20,000 nucleotides of DNA from IMG/VR virus record IMGVR_UViG_3300005253_000330; one strand, given 5' to 3'. The notes under the pieces are model-generated. The model was not told the DNA's origin. It made no database searches and worked only from the letters and a program-made list of their open reading frames with translations. Below are positions 16,722 to 20,000 of this stretch, piece after piece. The stretch is from an uncultured virus (IMG/VR IMGVR_UViG_3300005253_000330). Lineage: Duplodnaviria > Heunggongvirae > Uroviricota > Caudoviricetes. Both the position numbers and the translations under genes were made by a program. The stretch's first letter is position 1. Each line of letters opens with the position of its first letter.

Positions 16722-19391
16722 ACTCACCCCCGTTGTTATAGCCGTGTTCATAATATGAACGCAACTGGTCGTCAATCCACAGCTCCCCTTCGTCCACTCT
16801 CACTGTATCCATTAGCTGCTCATATGAGTCATGTAGTCCAGCGACACCTAAATTGAGGTCCACACCCTTACCACTGTATCCACGTAGACACATCTCAATG
16901 TCAACTGGAATCGTGAATGTAGTTCCCTTCCAGTGCAGTTCAACTTCCATGTTATCCACTAATGCCAGCAACACTTCATAGTGGTTACTCCATCCAATAG
17001 CTATAGGTATCTGGATGACTATGCTATCATGTACAGTGTTTAACAGTTGCACCTTACCAAATGTAGCTTGGTTGTCCTGCATGTAGTGCAGCCCATAATC
17101 CTTCGTGATGTCGGCAACAGTGCTCTGTGGCAACTGTGCGTAGGCATCACGGAATAGCTTACCCTTCCCTCCAGTAGGCCACCTATCGAGGAACTTTCTC
17201 TTCCTACCCAGTAGGTTGGTTATAATCCTGTCCTGCCTCAGCTGCTCCTGTATCATTCTGTGGTACCCTAAGCGGATGCCAGGGAACGCAGCGTGGAAGC
17301 TGGAGATAAACACCTTGGATTGACTCTCTGATATGTCATAGTTTAGAGAGAACGTGACATATGATAGGTCATAGTTTAGAGAGTGATTACCTTTCTTTCC
17401 CCAGTACCGTTGACTATGCTCTCCTGTACCTAGTGTACATGAGCCTAGTTCATCTGATACATCATCAGTAGGTATACCAAATATTAGGCCTGCGGTTAGA
17501 CTGTGCGTGTCTATACCACTCTCAAACGCCTCAATCTGCTTAGGCTCAGGCCCTACATATGCGACTATCCTACTTCTATTTTTGTATAACCAAACATCTC
17601 TTCGGCAGCTTCATTCCAAAATGAAATATTGCCTTCATTGTCCATCATAATAACCGCGTCTTTTACGGTGTTGGATATTGTCCTAAACAATTCATCACTT
17701 TTCATCAGCGCCTCCTCAGCCTGCGCCAGGTCGATGTTGTATATGATGCAGCCGGTGTCAGGTACCACTACTCTCTTCATTGGGGCTGGTAGAGTCTGGA
17801 TGTTGCAGCCGGTGTTGAATATGCTCTTACTGAATGAGAACCTTCCTGTTTTCGTCCCAACTGGATTCCCACTACCATTCAGCCTGTTGTTCTCTAAGTC
17901 GACATCATAGTAGGTTCCCTTCAACTTGACCAACTTCTTAACATCACGCACAAGTGCAGCTTCAGGTATACCTCTCATTGCTAGCCGACGCATAGCGTCA
18001 TCGTCGGTTGTGGTCTTGCCACCCTTGACTAGTGGACGTTGCTTGAGCTTGCCGTAGAAGTATAGACTCAGTTGCTTAGGGCTGTTGGCAAATGCAGGGT
18101 CGCTGATTCCAGTTAGCCTCGCCAACTCAGCCTTCATACTTTCTATCCTCTCACCAACATCCTTAGACATGCTGTGTAGCAGTGGCAAGTCCAAGCGCAT
18201 TCCATGCTCCTGGATGTACACAAGAGATGGTATGATGTCACAGTGACTACGGTACACACTCTCATTACCCAGTAGCCTTATCCCGTCCATCAACTTAGGC
18301 CACACCTCGGTACATATGGCACTATCCTTAGCGTTATACTCCCAGAAGCTCTCACTGGATACACCCATCCTCATGTGCTTCTTGCCTTCATCCTTATAGT
18401 AGTTATGCTTGGTATACATACTGGTTATGAAGTCCAGTCCCTTTGGGAAGTCAGGGTAGAGTATACCATGAGCTACCATCGTGTCCTCAAATGGACCTGT
18501 TTTTATTCCATACCTGTTTAGGAGGAAAGATGAATCGAAGGATAGGTTCTGTCCAAGCTTTCTAATGTTTCTATTCTCCAATATTCCAGCAATGGCTCTC
18601 CATATCATAATCTCCTGGTCAGGGTCGAAGTAGTCGTGTGGACCATGAGTGAATGGTATGGATATAGCCTCAAGTGGGTCCATGGAGAATGAGATGCAGG
18701 ATACCTCCTCTTGCATAACCTCAATATCGAAGGCCACTATATCACGCTTGCTACAATTATGGAGGTAGGACATGCACTCACTCATTGTCGGCTTTATGAT
18801 GAGAGACATGGGTGGATTGCAGTTGTACCTGTCCAAGTTGATTATTGGAGACTTAGACTCCTCAACGGCACGCTGCATGTCGTGGATTATTCTGTAGCGT
18901 AGCAGGAACTCACGGTTGGCAGCAGCTGGGTGTATACACGCTAGCACTTTCAACCCAGGCACTAGTGTACTGTTATATACACTTCCACGGCGCTTGGTAA
19001 TCTCACGCAGTCCAGTTAGGGCGTAGAGTGGTACATTACCCATGGCTACCACTACGTTGCACCTGCAGTTCTCCAACTCACTCTTCAGCATAGAGCGGTA
19101 GTATTTGTACCCCTCACTCTCCCACACCGGCTGAGTTATCTTGTTAGGGAACTTGATGAATAGGCTTATCCTGTTTTGAGGAGGGTGCTCCTTGATTACG
19201 TTGGCTATGTGGCAGCGGCTGCGGATGATTCCAGCTACTTGTAGGCACTGGTCGAAGAGCTTGCCGGCGTTACCTACAAATGGGCGGCCATCCCTCACTT
19301 CCTCATTACCAGGTGCCTCCCCAACGAAGCATATGTCACACTCTAGTGGACCTTCGGACGGGACAGCTGGGTACTGTGGAGTATATGGCAT
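16702..19391 (-). CDS. polA: Family A DNA polymerase with N-terminal family-4-like uracil-DNA glycosylase domain and 3'-5' exonuclease; reading frame broken by a 140-bp insert
   Basis: UDG motifs VGEAPG..E...GRPFVGNAG and HPAA. Exo I AFDIE, Exo II GQNLSFD, Exo III YNAKD, and TGRFS. Motif A DLAQAE|SRIVAY is split by the insert; motif B is RYWGKKGNHSLNYD; motif C is TVHDSI. Without 17575-17714 the gene is 2550 nt = 849 aa + stop. Confidence 0.92.
16744..16762 (-). promoter_or_regulatory. Dyad motif copy 4: GCGTTCA-TATTA-TGAACAC (minus strand)
   Basis: Lies within the last codons of polA, about 22 nt upstream of the DUF3987 ATG. Confidence 0.65.
17329..17383. repeat. 22-bp direct repeat (21/22 identical, period 33 bp) at polymerase motif B
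   Basis: TGATATGTCATAGTTTAGAGAG (17329-17350) and TGATAGGTCATAGTTTAGAGAG (17362-17383), encoding SLNYDIS and SLNYDLS. Confidence 0.8.
17575..17714 (-). other. Foreign 140-bp insert encoding a PAS-domain fragment of a cellular sensor protein
   Basis: Translates as (QAE)EALMKSDELFRTISNTVKDAVIMMDNEGNISFWNEAAEEMFGYTKIEV, the classic linker plus PAS N-terminus. GC is about 37% by hand count (52/140), visibly lower than the flanks. Confidence 0.88.
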
Positions 19392-19394
19392 GGG

Positions 19395-19571
19395 CTACAC
19401 CCCCACTTTGTTCATCAACTCATCTGCTATCATTAGCGCAACTTCTATAGAGCTACTCACGACCCCCTCAAAGTCGTCTATACCCCGTCCCAGCTCATGG
19501 CTGTACCTTTCCCCATATATACTGGGAAATACAACTGCAGCCACCAGTACCCTCAAATTATTCCTTACCAT
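19395..19571 (-). CDS. Small hypothetical phage protein (58 aa)
   Basis: ATG 19571 follows an AAGGAG SD, and the gene ends 3 nt before the polA ATG. C-terminal A..IADEL helix. Confidence 0.6.
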   Translation of the reverse strand: MVRNNLRVLVAAVVFPSIYGERYSHELGRGIDDFEGVVSSSIEVALMIADELMNKVGV

Positions 19572-19806
19572 TGACTTTCTCCTTATCAAGTTCAAACGAC
19601 TTACACTTTATCTCAAACCTCACGCCTTCTATTGTACAGTCACCATGTATCTGGTCAAAGTCAATCAGTGCAGCGTGTGCAGCAACTGCCACTCTACGTT
19701 GTAGTGGGCAAGCTGGTTGTTCACCCTTTTTATGGACCTTCTTACAGTGCGTGCATCTAACCATTGGGCTACTGTCTTTTGTCCTCTCCTCATGTGTACT
19801 GCCCAT
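19558..19806 (-). CDS. Small hypothetical protein with CxxC motif (possible zinc binding)
   Basis: Strong SD (AAGGAGGG) before the ATG; contains CTHC..H.......C; overlaps both neighbours by a few codons. Confidence 0.55.
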   Translation of the reverse strand: MGSTHEERTKDSSPMVRCTHCKKVHKKGEQPACPLQRRVAVAAHAALIDFDQIHGDCTIEGVRFEIKCKSFELDKEKVNGKE

Positions 19807-19999
19807 AAGTCCCTCCTTCTACCTTCAACACAAATGGGTTCTTGTAGTCACTAGACAAATCGTATCCAAACCCACGCATCTTCAAGTCACATGCAGCTAG
19901 TAGTGTAGCACCACTTCCCAGGTAGGGGACAACCACTTGGTCGCCAGGCTTTCCAAACGTGGAAAGTATGTCAAACATCAATGGCAGTGGCCTCTCAGT
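19790..19999 (-). CDS. DNA amino-methyltransferase (N4C/N6A, beta class), C-terminal part
   Basis: The frame is open from the window edge: TERPLPLMFDILSTFGKPGDQVVVPYLGSGATLLAA...GFGYDL matches the HPT.KP...DPF.GSG.T..AA...G.EL block. Confidence 0.8.
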   Translation of the reverse strand, partial: TERPLPLMFDILSTFGKPGDQVVVPYLGSGATLLAACDLKMRGFGYDLSSDYKNPFVLKVEGGTYGQYT

Positions 20000-20000
20000 A

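Noticed and set aside
16722..16731. GGGGGTG(A)-type SD sequences before the DUF3987 and polA genes as a sign of an archaeal host
   Set aside because: GGTGA is also part of the bacterial extended SD, other genes use AGGAG/GGAGG, and family A polymerases point to bacterial phages. Not diagnostic.
17575..17714. Insert as an intron, intein or programmed frameshift element
   Set aside because: Too short for a typical group I/II intron, no intein Cys/His-Asn ends, not a multiple of 3, no canonical slippery heptamer, and it clearly encodes a PAS fragment.
17565..19391. A genuine UDG-exonuclease-PAS fusion protein plus a separate 203-aa polymerase ORF (split polymerase)
   Set aside because: The PAS part is less than half a domain. 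The downstream frame continues motif A seamlessly, and its first start codon (17313) would omit motif B.
1..20000. Stop-codon reassignment, CRISPR array, tRNA, DGR or integrase
   Set aside because: TAA, TAG and TGA all end tightly packed genes under the standard code. No regularly spaced repeats, cloverleafs, reverse transcriptase or recombinase motifs were seen.

Overview
A 20-kb segment of an uncultured tailed dsDNA phage with a podovirus-like gene layout, in two convergent blocks. The plus strand (1-15503) holds the morphogenesis genes: scaffold C-terminus, two small proteins, an HK97-fold major capsid protein (SU10/DUF5309-like), a head-tail adaptor, two paralogous tail nozzle-like proteins, a GNAT-like protein and three internal/ejection proteins. 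The last of these is a ~1,700-aa LPD38-like protein that spans a 63-N scaffold gap. The minus strand (15435-20000) holds replication genes: a DUF3987-like P-loop protein, a uracil-DNA-glycosylase/family A DNA polymerase fusion, two small ORFs and the end of a DNA methyltransferase. Main observations: (1) a dyad motif GCGTTCA-N5-TGAAC occurs four times, each at a gene junction and oriented with transcription; (2) the same ~120-aa jelly-roll/CBM-like module is inserted into three different tail-hub proteins; (3) a 140-bp low-GC PAS-domain fragment splits polymerase motif A, and removing it restores an 849-aa ORF (assembly chimera or real host-DNA capture); (4) the polymerase has His at the E. 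coli Pol I 762 position, and its UDG domain lacks Fe-S cysteines; (5) the capsid protein may lack part of its spine helix. All family assignments come from motif recognition by eye; no database searches were run.
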